Below, one piece after another: positions 1 to 8,790 of a stretch of DNA of 64,000 nt (its first letter is position 1; each line of letters begins with the position of its first letter). The position numbers were made by a program, and so were the translations under genes. The stretch comes from Candidatus Micrarchaeota archaeon (GTDB lineage: Archaea; Micrarchaeota; Micrarchaeia; Norongarragalinales; Norongarragalinaceae): positions 23,586 to 87,585 of the forward strand of contig JBDRBT010000006.1 of NCBI GenBank assembly GCA_043822385.1, in the 5' to 3' direction. The notes below the pieces were generated by a model. That model had not been told where the DNA came from. It made no database searches and saw only the letters and a program-made list of their open reading frames with translations.

Positions 1-209
1 GCTAGTATTATTTTTTCATTCAAAAACTGTTTTTTGGCTGCTAACCCAATTCTATTTCTCATGAAACTTATGTAGCCTTTTTTTAGTACTAATTTAATGA
101 AAGGTGGCGCTTTGCTTTCTTTTATTTTTTTCCCGGTTTGCATGGTTTTTTTATTTAAGTAAGTGTAGGGCGCGATTTTTTTCAATAGTTTTTCGTCAAT
201 CATTTTTAA

Positions 210-659
210 TTACACTAAAACGTTTAGGAAAGAGATTGCGCCTGTTGCAGCCAGGAAAGTAATTACTCCCGCGCAAGCGATTCCAAGCAAGCCAGCGAGT
301 ATAATGAACCTATTTTTGTAACCAAGTATTTTACCTATTAACACTCCCGTGTAAACTCCTGTTGCAGGAAAAGGTATTGCAATAAAGAAAAGCAAACCAA
401 GCCAACCGTATTTCTGGGTTTTTTCTCCAGCTTCCTTCAAGCGAGAATTTAGTTTTTCTCCAAGAATGCGTCTTCCAATCAACTCGATTTTAAGCGCATC
501 CCACAAAACCAACAACGCAATTAATGCAACAACGTTTCCTATAACGCCGAGTAGAATTAATTCTTGCTTTCCGGTTGCTAGAGCGTATAGTACTGCTCCC
601 CTGATTTCGCTTACTGGCGCGCCCCCTAAAAGAAACGCAGTTAATTCTTCTTCAAACAT
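210..659 (-). CDS. small membrane protein, COG2426-like (putative small multidrug export protein); family call is weak
   Basis: 149-aa ORF with four hydrophobic segments (LLGVIGNVVALIALLVLW, GLLFFIAIPFPATGVYTGVLIG, ILAGLLGIACAGVITFLAA). Family assignment rests on composition and architecture only. Confidence 0.4.
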   Translation of the reverse strand: MFEEELTAFLLGGAPVSEIRGAVLYALATGKQELILLGVIGNVVALIALLVLWDALKIELIGRRILGEKLNSRLKEAGEKTQKYGWLGLLFFIAIPFPATGVYTGVLIGKILGYKNRFIILAGLLGIACAGVITFLAATGAISFLNVLV

Positions 660-787
660 GGTTTTATCCCGATACTTATTAAAAAGTATTAAAAAGCTAG
701 TTTTTCACTATTTTGTTCTACAACGCTAGATGTCGGATCGGCTGGAATACGCCCCGGAATGCGTTGCAAAAAGGTGAATTCTTTAAC

Positions 788-1192
788 ATGGGTGCAGCTA
801 AATACATTGCTAAATCGTTTATTAACTCGATAAAAACTAAGAGTCCTGTTTACAAAGCTAGGTTGTACGCCTGGCGGAGACAAGGAACTATTGTTAGAGT
901 AGAAAAACCCTTAAATCCAACTCGTGCTCGAGCTCTTGGGTTTAAGTCCGTTAATGGTTTTTTTATAGCTAGAGTTAAGATGACTAGAGGAAAGCGCGTT
1001 AGGCGTGCTCCTGACTTAGGTAGAAAACCCGGTAAAAACCGAAAGAGAGTTAATCCTGGAAAAGCTTGGCAGTGGTTTGCTGAATTGAAAGCTACTCTGC
1101 GTTTCAAGAACTCTAAAGTGCTCGGTAGTTACTGGGTTGGTGAAGATGCTGTAAGCCAGTACTATGAAGTGGTTTTGAAGGCGGATAACTAG
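788..1192 (+). CDS. rpl15e: 50S ribosomal protein L15e, short form
   Basis: N-terminus MGAAKYI...LYAWRRQG and later SYWVGEDAVSQYYEVVL match the L15e family pattern (MGAYKYI.ELW..; SYWVGQDG..W.EVIL). The ATG at 788 lies inside a longer ORF. The protein is about 134 aa and lacks the usual C-terminal ~60 aa. Confidence 0.8.
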   Translation: MGAAKYIAKSFINSIKTKSPVYKARLYAWRRQGTIVRVEKPLNPTRARALGFKSVNGFFIARVKMTRGKRVRRAPDLGRKPGKNRKRVNPGKAWQWFAELKATLRFKNSKVLGSYWVGEDAVSQYYEVVLKADN

Positions 1193-1224
1193 TTTTTTTA
1201 TTCCTCTTTTTCCTTATTCTTTTC

Positions 1225-1992
1225 ATGTCTGTTTACTTGTCGTTCTTAAAGAAACTAGCTTTCAAAGCTGGTAAACTACAATTAACTAATTACCGCAAGA
1301 ATATTTCTTTCACTAATAAGTCTAGCATTGATTTAGTGTCTGAAGTAGACATGGATATTGAAGCTTTTTGCGTTGAAGCAGTTAAGAAAAAGTTTCCTAA
1401 CCACGGTTTTATTGGCGAGGAAGACAATTGTTTTAATGAAGACGCTGAATTCGTTTGGTTGTTTGATCCTTTAGATGGAACAAATAATTACGCTAGAGGG
1501 CTTCCTTGGTTTTCTTTCGTTGGTTGCTTACTGAAAAACAAGCAGCCGGTTGTTTCAGTAGTTTTCGATCCGATTCGCAAAGAATTGTTTCATGCTGAAA
1601 AAGGCAAGGGTGCGTTTCTTAATGGTAAAAGAATTTTTACGAGTAAACTTTCTTTTAAGGAATCGCTAGTTTCTTTTTCTGACTACACTAGACACGAGAA
1701 GACTCTTTGCGCTTACCAAAGAATGGTTGGTAAAACTCTAGGAGTCAGGGTTTTAGGCTCGTCTGCCTTGGAAATAGCTTTTGTTGCGTGCGGTCGTTAC
1801 GGCGGTAAAGTAAAGTTTGGTTTTAATGTTTGGGATTTCTTGCCTGCTTCCTTGTTAGTTACTGAAGCTGGCGGCATAGTAACTGATTTTACTGGAAGAA
1901 AAATTTGTTTTGATTCAAAAGGGGAAGTGTTTTCTGGAAACAAGCAAGTTCACTCTGAATTATTGAGGTTAGTTAAGAAATGTACGATGTAA
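1225..1992 (+). CDS. inositol monophosphatase / fructose-1,6-bisphosphatase family protein (SuhB-like)
   Basis: Metal-binding signature FDPLDGTNNY and IGEED are present. The 255-aa length is typical of the IMPase fold. Confidence 0.75.
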   Translation: MSVYLSFLKKLAFKAGKLQLTNYRKNISFTNKSSIDLVSEVDMDIEAFCVEAVKKKFPNHGFIGEEDNCFNEDAEFVWLFDPLDGTNNYARGLPWFSFVGCLLKNKQPVVSVVFDPIRKELFHAEKGKGAFLNGKRIFTSKLSFKESLVSFSDYTRHEKTLCAYQRMVGKTLGVRVLGSSALEIAFVACGRYGGKVKFGFNVWDFLPASLLVTEAGGIVTDFTGRKICFDSKGEVFSGNKQVHSELLRLVKKCTM

Positions 1993-2030
1993 ATTGCTTT
2001 ACTGATTCTGAAAGCGTTAAGTCAACCTCA

Positions 2031-2486
2031 ATGAAGCTAGAATTGCTTTCCTTGAAAACAAGCAAGGACTTAATGAAGCTGAAGCGAGGAATTAGTGTTT
2101 CGGGTAGTGGGGATTTGCTTGCGAAAGCGTGTTTGAAGAAAGAGTTTTTTTTAGTTAATCCTTTGGAGACTCAAAAGTTTTTTTCTTCAACTGAATTAAT
2201 CCGCGCTGTTGCAGACAACGGGAAAGTATTTGAGATACCTTTGCTTTCTTTGCTGCGTTCTAGTTTTGTTGCTAGAGCCAGGCTCGTTCGCGAGCTGCAG
2301 TTTTTCTTGCGTAATTGCTTGAAGTATAACGCTGAATTTGTTTTTTCTTCTCGAGCAGAAAACGAGTTTGACTTGAAAACAGAGCGGGAATTAATAGCAA
2401 TTTTACAGGAATTAGGTTTGACTCGCGCGCAAGCAGCATTTGCTTTGAATGAACGCGCTAAAAGAGTTTTTGAAGAGTTGAATTGA
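2031..2486 (+). CDS. rnp3: RNase P protein component 3 (Rpp30/Rnp3), N-terminally short
   Basis: The C-terminal half (IPLLSLLRSS..ARARLVR..LKYNAEFVFSSRAENEFDLKTERELIAILQELGLTRAQAAFAL) aligns with the archaeal Rpp30 TIM-barrel C-terminus (PLL.S...ERA.L.R....KY.V..FltSsA....D.R.PrDLI.L....G.....A.A.i). Its position after L15e matches the conserved superoperon. The start was chosen at the internal Met after the overlap with the upstream gene. Confidence 0.65.
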   Translation: MKLELLSLKTSKDLMKLKRGISVSGSGDLLAKACLKKEFFLVNPLETQKFFSSTELIRAVADNGKVFEIPLLSLLRSSFVARARLVRELQFFLRNCLKYNAEFVFSSRAENEFDLKTERELIAILQELGLTRAQAAFALNERAKRVFEELN

Positions 2487-3038
2487 ATGAAAATATTTTT
2501 TTGCACTACTAACGAAGGAAAGTTTCTTGAAGCGCGGTCTGTTTTGTCAGAGTTAGGTGTTTCCCTTGAGTTGAATAAAATTGATTTAAGCGAGCCTAAA
2601 GTGTTTTCAATTAATGAAATAGTGTTAAGCAAGGCGAGACGGGCTTTTGAGGAATTACGCGAGCCAGTTTTAGTTGAGGATACTGGCTTGTTTTTGTTGG
2701 ATTACCAGGATTTTCCCGGAGCGTTTAGTAAAGTGCTTATTCAAGGCGCTGGTTTGACTGGTTTTTTGCGTTTAACTGAAGGCACGAGCAGGCAAGCAGA
2801 GTTTAGGACGTTAGTTGCTTTCAAAGACAATACTCGAGAAAAAGTTTTTGAAGGTAAAATCAAGGGCAGCATACTAACCGAACCAAGGGGTAATGCTTTG
2901 AGTTCCTTGCAGTATGACTCTGTTTTTGTTCCTGAAGGTTGGAGCAAGACTTTTGCTGAAGCTGGTTCTCAAGAAAAAAACAAGGTTTCTCACAGGGCTT
3001 TAGCGTTAAGGAGTTTCGGCGAGTGGATTACAAAATGA
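2487..3038 (+). CDS. non-canonical purine NTP pyrophosphatase (Ham1/RdgB/ITPase)
   Basis: Contains MKIFFCTTNEGKFLEA (the TGNxGK-like motif), VEDTGL, FPGAFSK, RQAEFRT and SHRALAL, which are characteristic Ham1 family motifs. Confidence 0.85.
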   Translation: MKIFFCTTNEGKFLEARSVLSELGVSLELNKIDLSEPKVFSINEIVLSKARRAFEELREPVLVEDTGLFLLDYQDFPGAFSKVLIQGAGLTGFLRLTEGTSRQAEFRTLVAFKDNTREKVFEGKIKGSILTEPRGNALSSLQYDSVFVPEGWSKTFAEAGSQEKNKVSHRALALRSFGEWITK

Positions 3039-3340
3039 GGTTTAAGAAGCGGTACTTGAAGCTTAACGTGTTTGGTGCTAGCTTGAGCGAGGAGGAAGCA
3101 AAGCAACTAGTTTTGGAAGCAGTTTTCTCGTTTTTAGGGGAGGAAAACAGCGGGAAAGCAGGTATTGCAGTAAAGAGTTTTGATTCTGAAAAAAGCGTGT
3201 TGCTCGTGAAATGCAATTTGAGTTACTTGGAGAAAGTAATTGCTGCTTTAGCGTTAAAGCGGTTTTTCAGGGGTAGGGATGTTGCTTTGCGGTTAGTAAA
3301 GCTTTCAGGGAGTATTTCAAAGCTTTCTGGGAAAGGTTAA
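3035..3340 (+). CDS. rnp2: RNase P protein subunit Pop5 (Rpp14/Rnp2)
   Basis: KKRYLKLNV at the N-terminus plus the ...FLGE..G.A...VK.FD.E....LVKC....L..VI.AL.L.......V.L.LVKLSGSISKL pattern matches archaeal Pop5. It sits upstream of psmA, as in the conserved superoperon. Confidence 0.7.
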   Translation: MRFKKRYLKLNVFGASLSEEEAKQLVLEAVFSFLGEENSGKAGIAVKSFDSEKSVLLVKCNLSYLEKVIAALALKRFFRGRDVALRLVKLSGSISKLSGKG

Positions 3341-3461
3341 AAAGCTGGTTTTTTCCTTTATTAGTGTAGTAAAAAGAATTATTTTTCAAGCCTGCGTGCT
3401 TGACTAATAAATGAGTGTTTATTTATTTTTAATAAGTATTTTTAGTTTAGAGGTGAGTTGA

Positions 3462-4163
3462 ATGTATCCTCCTTCTCAAGCTGCTTACGACCGGGCTATA
3501 ACTGTTTTTTCGCCTGATGGACGGCTCTTTCAAGTAGAGTACGCCAGGGAAGCAGTTAGAACCGGCGCTACTAGTTTGGGTTTAGTTTCAAGCGAGGGAG
3601 TTATTCTCTTGGCGCAAAAAAGAATTTCCAGTTCGTTAGTAGTTGGGAATTCTCACGAAAAAATTTTTCAGATAGACCGGCACATTATTGCTGCTTCAAG
3701 CGGTTTAGTAGCTGATGCTAGGAAACTAGTTGATTTTGCTAGAGTTGAAGCACAAAGACACAGAATGGCTTACGACGAGGCTATTGAAGTAGAGAATTTA
3801 GCTAAAAAACTCGGTGATCACATTCAAGTTTTTACTCAATACGCGGGAGTAAGGCCTTACGGGGTTTCTTTATTGATTGCTGGAGCTGATTCTTCACTGC
3901 GCTTGTTCGAGAGTGACCCGAGTGGTGCTTTGTTTGAGTACAAGGCTACTGCTATTGGTTCGGGAAAGAAAGCTGTGGAAGAATTCTTCGAGAAAGAATA
4001 CAAGGATGATTTGAGTCTTGACGATGGCTTAAAGCTTTGTTTCAAGGCTTTAAAGAAGGGTTCGGAAGACAAATTGTCTCCCGAGTTGCTGGACTTGTCT
4101 GTTGTTAAGGCTAATGGCGAAGTAAATGTTTATTCGCGCGAGGAAATAAGCAAGTACTTGTGA
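3462..4163 (+). CDS. psmA: proteasome subunit alpha
   Basis: AYDRAITVFSPDGRLFQVEYAREAV is the hallmark proteasome alpha N-terminus. Length is 233 aa. An SD-like GAGGTGA lies 7 nt upstream of the ATG. Confidence 0.95.
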   Translation: MYPPSQAAYDRAITVFSPDGRLFQVEYAREAVRTGATSLGLVSSEGVILLAQKRISSSLVVGNSHEKIFQIDRHIIAASSGLVADARKLVDFARVEAQRHRMAYDEAIEVENLAKKLGDHIQVFTQYAGVRPYGVSLLIAGADSSLRLFESDPSGALFEYKATAIGSGKKAVEEFFEKEYKDDLSLDDGLKLCFKALKKGSEDKLSPELLDLSVVKANGEVNVYSREEISKYL

Positions 4164-4170
4164 TTTTGAA

Positions 4171-4860
4171 ATGACGCAGATAGAAAACACGGTTATTGCA
4201 AGAATAGAGAAGAACGGTGAGCGGTTTGAAGTGTTAGCTGACCCTAAACTTGCGTTCGAGTTCAAAACTGGGGTTAGAAAAGATTTTACTAACGTCTTGA
4301 TTTCGGATGAAGTTTACAAGGATGCTAACAAGGGAGAACGCCACGGTTCACAAGCGTTAAAGAAGGCTTTTGGCACTGAGAATGTTAATGAGATTGGTTT
4401 GATTATTTTCAGGGACGGAGACTTGCAGTTAACTACTGAACAACGCAAAAAGTTGTTGGAAGAAAAAAAGCGTTTAGTTATTGCTTTGATTGCTAAGAAC
4501 GCTATTGATCCGAGGGCTAAAACGCCTCACCCTGTTCAAAGGATTGAGAACGCGTTGATTCAAGCTAGGTTTTCTTTCGATGCATTCAAGTCTGCTGAAG
4601 AACAAATGCTTGAAGCTATTGAAGCTATTCGCGAGATTATTCCAATTAGTTTAGATAAGTTGAGGATTCAAGTAGTTGTTCCCGCGTCTTTCGTGGGCCG
4701 CGCGTACGGTTTGTTGAAGGAATACGGAATAACTAAAGAATCTTACAATAATGACGGTAGTTTGTCTTGTGTTTTTGATATTCCTGCTGGCATTGAGGGA
4801 GAGTTTTACGACCGCTTGAATAAAATTACTAGCGGCCAGGTTTCTACTAAGAGGTTGTGA
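4171..4860 (+). CDS. sdo1: SBDS-family ribosome maturation protein (Sdo1)
   Basis: IARIEKNGERFEVLADP...AFEFKTG is SBDS N-domain-like. The ~230-aa length and the position between psmA and rrp4 are canonical for the archaeal superoperon. Confidence 0.85.
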   Translation: MTQIENTVIARIEKNGERFEVLADPKLAFEFKTGVRKDFTNVLISDEVYKDANKGERHGSQALKKAFGTENVNEIGLIIFRDGDLQLTTEQRKKLLEEKKRLVIALIAKNAIDPRAKTPHPVQRIENALIQARFSFDAFKSAEEQMLEAIEAIREIIPISLDKLRIQVVVPASFVGRAYGLLKEYGITKESYNNDGSLSCVFDIPAGIEGEFYDRLNKITSGQVSTKRL

Positions 4861-4868
4861 TTTGAATT

Positions 4869-5483
4869 ATGAAGGAATTATTTTTTCCAGGTGATTTAGT
4901 AAGCGACAAGCCTTTGTCTGGAGAAGGATTGTTTGTTGAAGACGGAAAAACTTTTGCTTTAACAATCTTGTTGCATAACGACGGGCGGACTGTTCCGTTA
5001 AAGGGTTATTACGTGCCTGAGCGCGGTGATTACGTTATTGGAGTTGTTACTGACGAGCGTTTTAGTGGTTACACTATTGACTTGAATTCGCCTTACGCGG
5101 GAACAGTTAGTTCCAGGGATTTGAGGGCTGAATTTCAAGTTGGAGACGTTATTTCTGCTAAAGTTTATTCTGTTAATGAAGTGCATGAAGCATTGTTATC
5201 TGAACCCCGCTTGTTTGAGGGTGGTGAAGTAATTGAAGTCGAGGCAGTTAAAGTTCCTAGAGTTATAGGAAAGCACGCTAGCATGCTTCAAATACTCAAG
5301 GATTACACTAAAGCTGAAATATTTGTCGGCAAGAACGGACGCATTTATTTGCGCGGAGGAAACTCTTTGCTTGCTTCTCTTGCTATTAACAAGATTTCTA
5401 GGGAAGCTCACTCGAGTGGGTTAACTGATCGAATAATGAATTTCTTGCAGAATGAATCAAAGAATGGTGAAAAAAATGAGTGA
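4869..5483 (+). CDS. rrp4: exosome complex RNA-binding protein Rrp4 (S1 + KH)
   Basis: An S1-like segment (PERGDYVIGVVTDERFSGYTIDLNSPYAGTV) is followed by a KH-like segment (VIGKHASMLQILKDYTKAEIFVGKNGRIYL). It lies directly upstream of rrp41. Confidence 0.8.
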   Translation: MKELFFPGDLVSDKPLSGEGLFVEDGKTFALTILLHNDGRTVPLKGYYVPERGDYVIGVVTDERFSGYTIDLNSPYAGTVSSRDLRAEFQVGDVISAKVYSVNEVHEALLSEPRLFEGGEVIEVEAVKVPRVIGKHASMLQILKDYTKAEIFVGKNGRIYLRGGNSLLASLAINKISREAHSSGLTDRIMNFLQNESKNGEKNE

Positions 5484-6210
5484 AAAAATGGTTTTGTTTA
5501 AAGATGGAAAGCGTCTTGACGGCCGTGGGCCGACTGACTTAAGGCCTTTGAAAATAACTGCGGGAGTTTTAGCTAGGGCTAGTGGTTCTTGCTTGATTGA
5601 GTGGGGACGCAACAAGGTTTTAGCTGCGGTTTACGGTCCGCGTGAAGTTTTCCCAAGGCACTTGACTAACCCGCGAAAAGCAATAATTAATGCTCGCTAC
5701 ATAATGGCGCCGTTTAGTTCTGTTGAAGAACACGGAAGAAGCGGGCCTAATCGTAGGAGTATTGAAATTTCTAAGGTAGTTAAACACGTTTTTGAGAACG
5801 TTGTTTTTACTGAGCGTTTTCCTAAAATGGCTATTGACGTGCAAATGGAAGTTTTACAGAGCGATGGCGGTACTCGTGTTTCCGCTATTAATGCGGCTGC
5901 AGTTGCTTTAGCTGACGCGGGCATTCCAATGCGTGATTTGGTTTGTGGTGTTGCTGCCGGCAGAGTTGACGGTAACTTGATTATTGATTTAGATAAGTAT
6001 GAAGATAATCTTGGCGAGAGCGATATTCCAATAATTTTTTCTCCGCGCACTAAGGAAGTATTGTTGTTCCAGTTGGATGGAGTAGTATCCAAACAGGAAA
6101 TAAGCCAAGTGTTGGATATGGCTTTCGAGTCTTCTTTGAAGGTTCGCGAAAAACAAATTGAAGCTTTGCGCGAAAAATTTGATAAAATTGATTCAGGTGA
6201 TTTACAGTGA
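5476..6210 (+). CDS. rrp41: exosome complex exonuclease Rrp41 (RNase PH domain)
   Basis: GRLDGRGPTDLRPLKITAGVLARASGSCLIEWGRNKVLAAVYGPREV is a typical Rrp41 N-terminus. The ATG at 5476 overlaps the rrp4 stop (ATGAGTGA). Confidence 0.9.
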   Translation: MSEKMVLFKDGKRLDGRGPTDLRPLKITAGVLARASGSCLIEWGRNKVLAAVYGPREVFPRHLTNPRKAIINARYIMAPFSSVEEHGRSGPNRRSIEISKVVKHVFENVVFTERFPKMAIDVQMEVLQSDGGTRVSAINAAAVALADAGIPMRDLVCGVAAGRVDGNLIIDLDKYEDNLGESDIPIIFSPRTKEVLLFQLDGVVSKQEISQVLDMAFESSLKVREKQIEALREKFDKIDSGDLQ

Positions 6211-6977
6211 TTTTAGAAGAAATTCAGTCTGATTACATTAAGGATTTAGCTAAGGCTGGAAAAAGAAGCGACCAGCGTGGCTTGTTTGAGTACCGCCCGA
6301 TTAAGGTTACTAAGGGTTACTTACCTAATGCTGAAGGTAGTGCTTTAGCTGAAATTGGTGACACTAAAGTAGTTGCTGGAGTTAAATTTGATTTAGTAAC
6401 TCCTTTCCCTGACAGGCCTGACGACGGCGTAGTTATTTTTGGAAGCGAGTTTTCGCCTATTGCTCACCCTGATTTTTTCCCAGGTCCACCTGACGAGAAC
6501 AGTATTGAACTCGCTCGTGTTGTGGATCGGGGTATTAGGAGTGCGGAATGCATTAACGTTAAAGAATTGAAAGTCAGTGAAGAGAAAGTGTTGGGCGTGT
6601 TTGTTGACTTGTATACTATTGACCACACTGGTAACTTGATTGACACTGCTGGCTTGGCTGCAATGGCTGCTTTGAAGGACGCTAAAATTCCAAAGATAGA
6701 GGATGGAAAACTAATTCGAAGCGAGTTTACTGGTGGCTTGAATCTTTCTCGCGATGTAGTTATAACTAGTTTCGAAAAGGTTGATGGCGTATTAATGGCT
6801 GATGCTCGAAATGTTGAGGAAGTAGCTAGCAACGGCAGAATGAGTTTTGCAATTAGCAATGATGGTTTTGTGGTAGCTGCTCAAAAATCTGGTTTAGCTG
6901 GCTTTAGTAAAGATGAGTTACTTAAAATAATTGATTTGAGTTTAGAGAAGTCTAAAGAATTATTAACGCATGTTTAA
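6207..6977 (+). CDS. rrp42: exosome complex component Rrp42 (RNase PH-like)
   Basis: RSDQRGLFEYRPIKVTKGYLPNAEGSALAEIGDTKVVAGVKF shows RNase PH-like architecture. The start overlaps the rrp41 stop (GTGA). Confidence 0.85.
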   Translation: MILEEIQSDYIKDLAKAGKRSDQRGLFEYRPIKVTKGYLPNAEGSALAEIGDTKVVAGVKFDLVTPFPDRPDDGVVIFGSEFSPIAHPDFFPGPPDENSIELARVVDRGIRSAECINVKELKVSEEKVLGVFVDLYTIDHTGNLIDTAGLAAMAALKDAKIPKIEDGKLIRSEFTGGLNLSRDVVITSFEKVDGVLMADARNVEEVASNGRMSFAISNDGFVVAAQKSGLAGFSKDELLKIIDLSLEKSKELLTHV

Positions 6978-6988
6978 GGTGATTGAGA

Positions 6989-7216
6989 ATGTCAGTTAGG
7001 TATGGTACTAAAATCCGGAAGAAGGTAGCTAGCATTAAAGCGCAGAAGGTTGCTAAGTACGAGTGTCCTCGTTGCGGGAAACACAAGTTAAAGAGAATTA
7101 GTAATGCTTTATTTTCTTGTTCTTCTTGCGGTAGAGTAATGGCTGGGGGAGCTTTCACGCCTGAAACCTTGAGTGGAAAAAGTGCTTTAAAACTAATTTC
7201 TAGAGAGACTGAGTGA
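6989..7216 (+). CDS. rpl37ae: 50S ribosomal protein L37ae
   Basis: MSVRYGTKIRKKV...KYECPRCGKHKLKRISNALFSCSSCGRVMAGGAF shows the L37ae zinc-ribbon pattern (RYGA..RK......KY.C..CGK...KR...GIW.C..C....AGGA). The ATG lies 6 nt inside the listed ORF, which begins with TTG. Confidence 0.85.
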   Translation: MSVRYGTKIRKKVASIKAQKVAKYECPRCGKHKLKRISNALFSCSSCGRVMAGGAFTPETLSGKSALKLISRETE

Positions 7217-7218
7217 GA

Positions 7219-8043
7219 ATGCAGGAATTTGTTTTGTTTCAAGCAAACAACTCTGGCTTCGAGTATAATTTGAGCGCTAGCGACGAAAAGCAAGTGATTA
7301 GTTTGCTTGCTGATGTTAGGAATTACTTTTTGAGTTCAATGCCGATTTATTGCCCGGTTAGTGCTGACGCAAGCAAGATTGTTCCTAAAGTAAAAGGGGT
7401 TAAAGAAATTGTTTCTTTCTTGAGTTCAGTAAAGCCCTCTGAACTAGAAAGAGAAATGGCGCCTTTTGTTTTATTAAAATGGGGCGGTATTGAAGTAACG
7501 CCCAAGCACGCTAGCCCGATGGATTTTGGTTGGGTTGTTTTAATGAATTCCTTGTGGAAGCAAGTGGTTCCTTTAAAGTTTTCATCCAAGGGTTCTTGCA
7601 AGCAAAAGGAATTAAGGTTGGCGGCTAATTACCAGGGTTGGGTTGTAGTGAAGAAAGTTAATTTGGAAATCGCTTCCAGGCAGGAAGTTTTAGCGTTTTT
7701 GGTTGGTGCATTTAATACTGTTGACAAGAAGCTAGCTGAATACTCTTTTTCTTCTTATTTTGATTTCGAAGCGTTTTGGCAGAGTTTTTCTTCTAACTAT
7801 TCGCCGAGGAAGAGTTTCGTTAAGTTGAGTGAAATGCTTCGTAAAGCAATTGATTTAGAGGAAGACGTGCGAAAGTTAAGCAAGCCGGGTTTGAGTGATT
7901 ATTGCGTGCAGCATTTTTACCACAAGATTTTCGAGTTTTGTGGTTACAGTCCTTTCGCTACTGTTGAAATGATTAATAATAATTACCCGGCGTTAAAGAT
8001 TCCTAAGCCGAAAGGCAACTTCGGAAAGAAAAAAAAGAAATAA
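7219..8043 (+). CDS. hypothetical protein (no recognisable family)
   Basis: 275-aa ORF immediately after rpl37ae, where rpoP and other small genes usually sit. It has a Lys-rich C-terminal tail (KPKGNFGKKKKK) and no motif I can assign. Confidence 0.5.
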   Translation: MQEFVLFQANNSGFEYNLSASDEKQVISLLADVRNYFLSSMPIYCPVSADASKIVPKVKGVKEIVSFLSSVKPSELEREMAPFVLLKWGGIEVTPKHASPMDFGWVVLMNSLWKQVVPLKFSSKGSCKQKELRLAANYQGWVVVKKVNLEIASRQEVLAFLVGAFNTVDKKLAEYSFSSYFDFEAFWQSFSSNYSPRKSFVKLSEMLRKAIDLEEDVRKLSKPGLSDYCVQHFYHKIFEFCGYSPFATVEMINNNYPALKIPKPKGNFGKKKKK

Positions 8044-8094
8044 GAACTGCTTTAATGCTAACTTTCTTTTGATCAAACTTTTCGGTAAAAGTTT

Positions 8095-8167
8095 GGGGGA
8101 TTGGGGTAGCCTGGCATCCTGTCAGCTTTGGGAGTTGACGACCTGAGTTCGAATCTCAGATCCCCCA
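8095..8167 (+). tRNA. tRNA-Pro (anticodon TGG)
   Basis: Manual fold gives a 7-bp acceptor GGGGGAT/ATCCCCC, a D-arm, an anticodon stem TCAGC/GTTGA with loop TTTGGGA (anticodon TGG), a T-arm CTGAG-TTCGAAT-CTCAG and discriminator A. CCA is not encoded. Confidence 0.85.
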
Positions 8168-8737
8168 TTTTGTTTTTCTTCTTATTAACACCATTATTGT
8201 GAATGATGCGTTTAGTATTATTAGTGCTAGTGGGTACAAGTAAGTTGTTGGGGAATAACTTTCTAGTGCTGCGATTGCAAAAACGAATTTTAGGGAGTCT
8301 AGTGCGTAAGTGATTACTGTTTCTTCAAAGGGTTTAAAGTAAGCTTTCCGGAATGTTGGAGCGTAAGCTGTCGCGTCAACTAGAATGATTATTATTATCG
8401 CAGTTAACGGGTTGTTCGTAATTCCCCACAATGCTATTCCTAGGAAGGCTCCAAGCAAGCAAATCCAATCGAAGGTTTTTATGTCTTTTTCTCCCTTGAA
8501 GAAGGAAATGAAGGCTATAGTGAAGCAAACGATTGACGTAAATAAGGTAACCCATGCTCCTGCGCCGCCTCCTTTCGAGTATTGAGCTAGAAAACCTATT
8601 CCTGTTAATATACCCCAAATAAGCCAACTGAAAGCGTGGGGTTTAGTCTTGCCTTTGAATATGTCTAGAAAGTAAGGAATGTAGCCTATTACTCCGATTC
8701 CTACCGCGATTATTGATAAAACGAGTTTGTAGTCCAT
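8156..8737 (-). CDS. hypothetical polytopic membrane protein
   Basis: 193-aa ORF with about 6 hydrophobic helices. Its last 4 codons overlap the 3' end of tRNA-Pro on the opposite strand. Confidence 0.5.
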   Translation of the reverse strand: MDYKLVLSIIAVGIGVIGYIPYFLDIFKGKTKPHAFSWLIWGILTGIGFLAQYSKGGGAGAWVTLFTSIVCFTIAFISFFKGEKDIKTFDWICLLGAFLGIALWGITNNPLTAIIIIILVDATAYAPTFRKAYFKPFEETVITYALDSLKFVFAIAALESYSPTTYLYPLALIILNASFTIMVLIRRKTKWGI

Positions 8738-8790
8738 ACTGCTTGTAACTACTAGTAATTTATTGGTTTTAATTTACCTTGCTTTTATTT

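Noticed and set aside
466-1107. ORFs 466..729(+), 689..883(-) and 850..1107(-) around the L15e gene
   Set aside because: They overlap better-supported genes (the membrane protein and L15e) in other frames, have no motifs, and are typical antisense or shadow ORFs.
7219-8043. Assignment of the 275-aa protein as a Brix/IMP4-family ribosome biogenesis factor based on superoperon position
   Set aside because: No Brix-like sequence pattern could be recognised, so it is kept as hypothetical.
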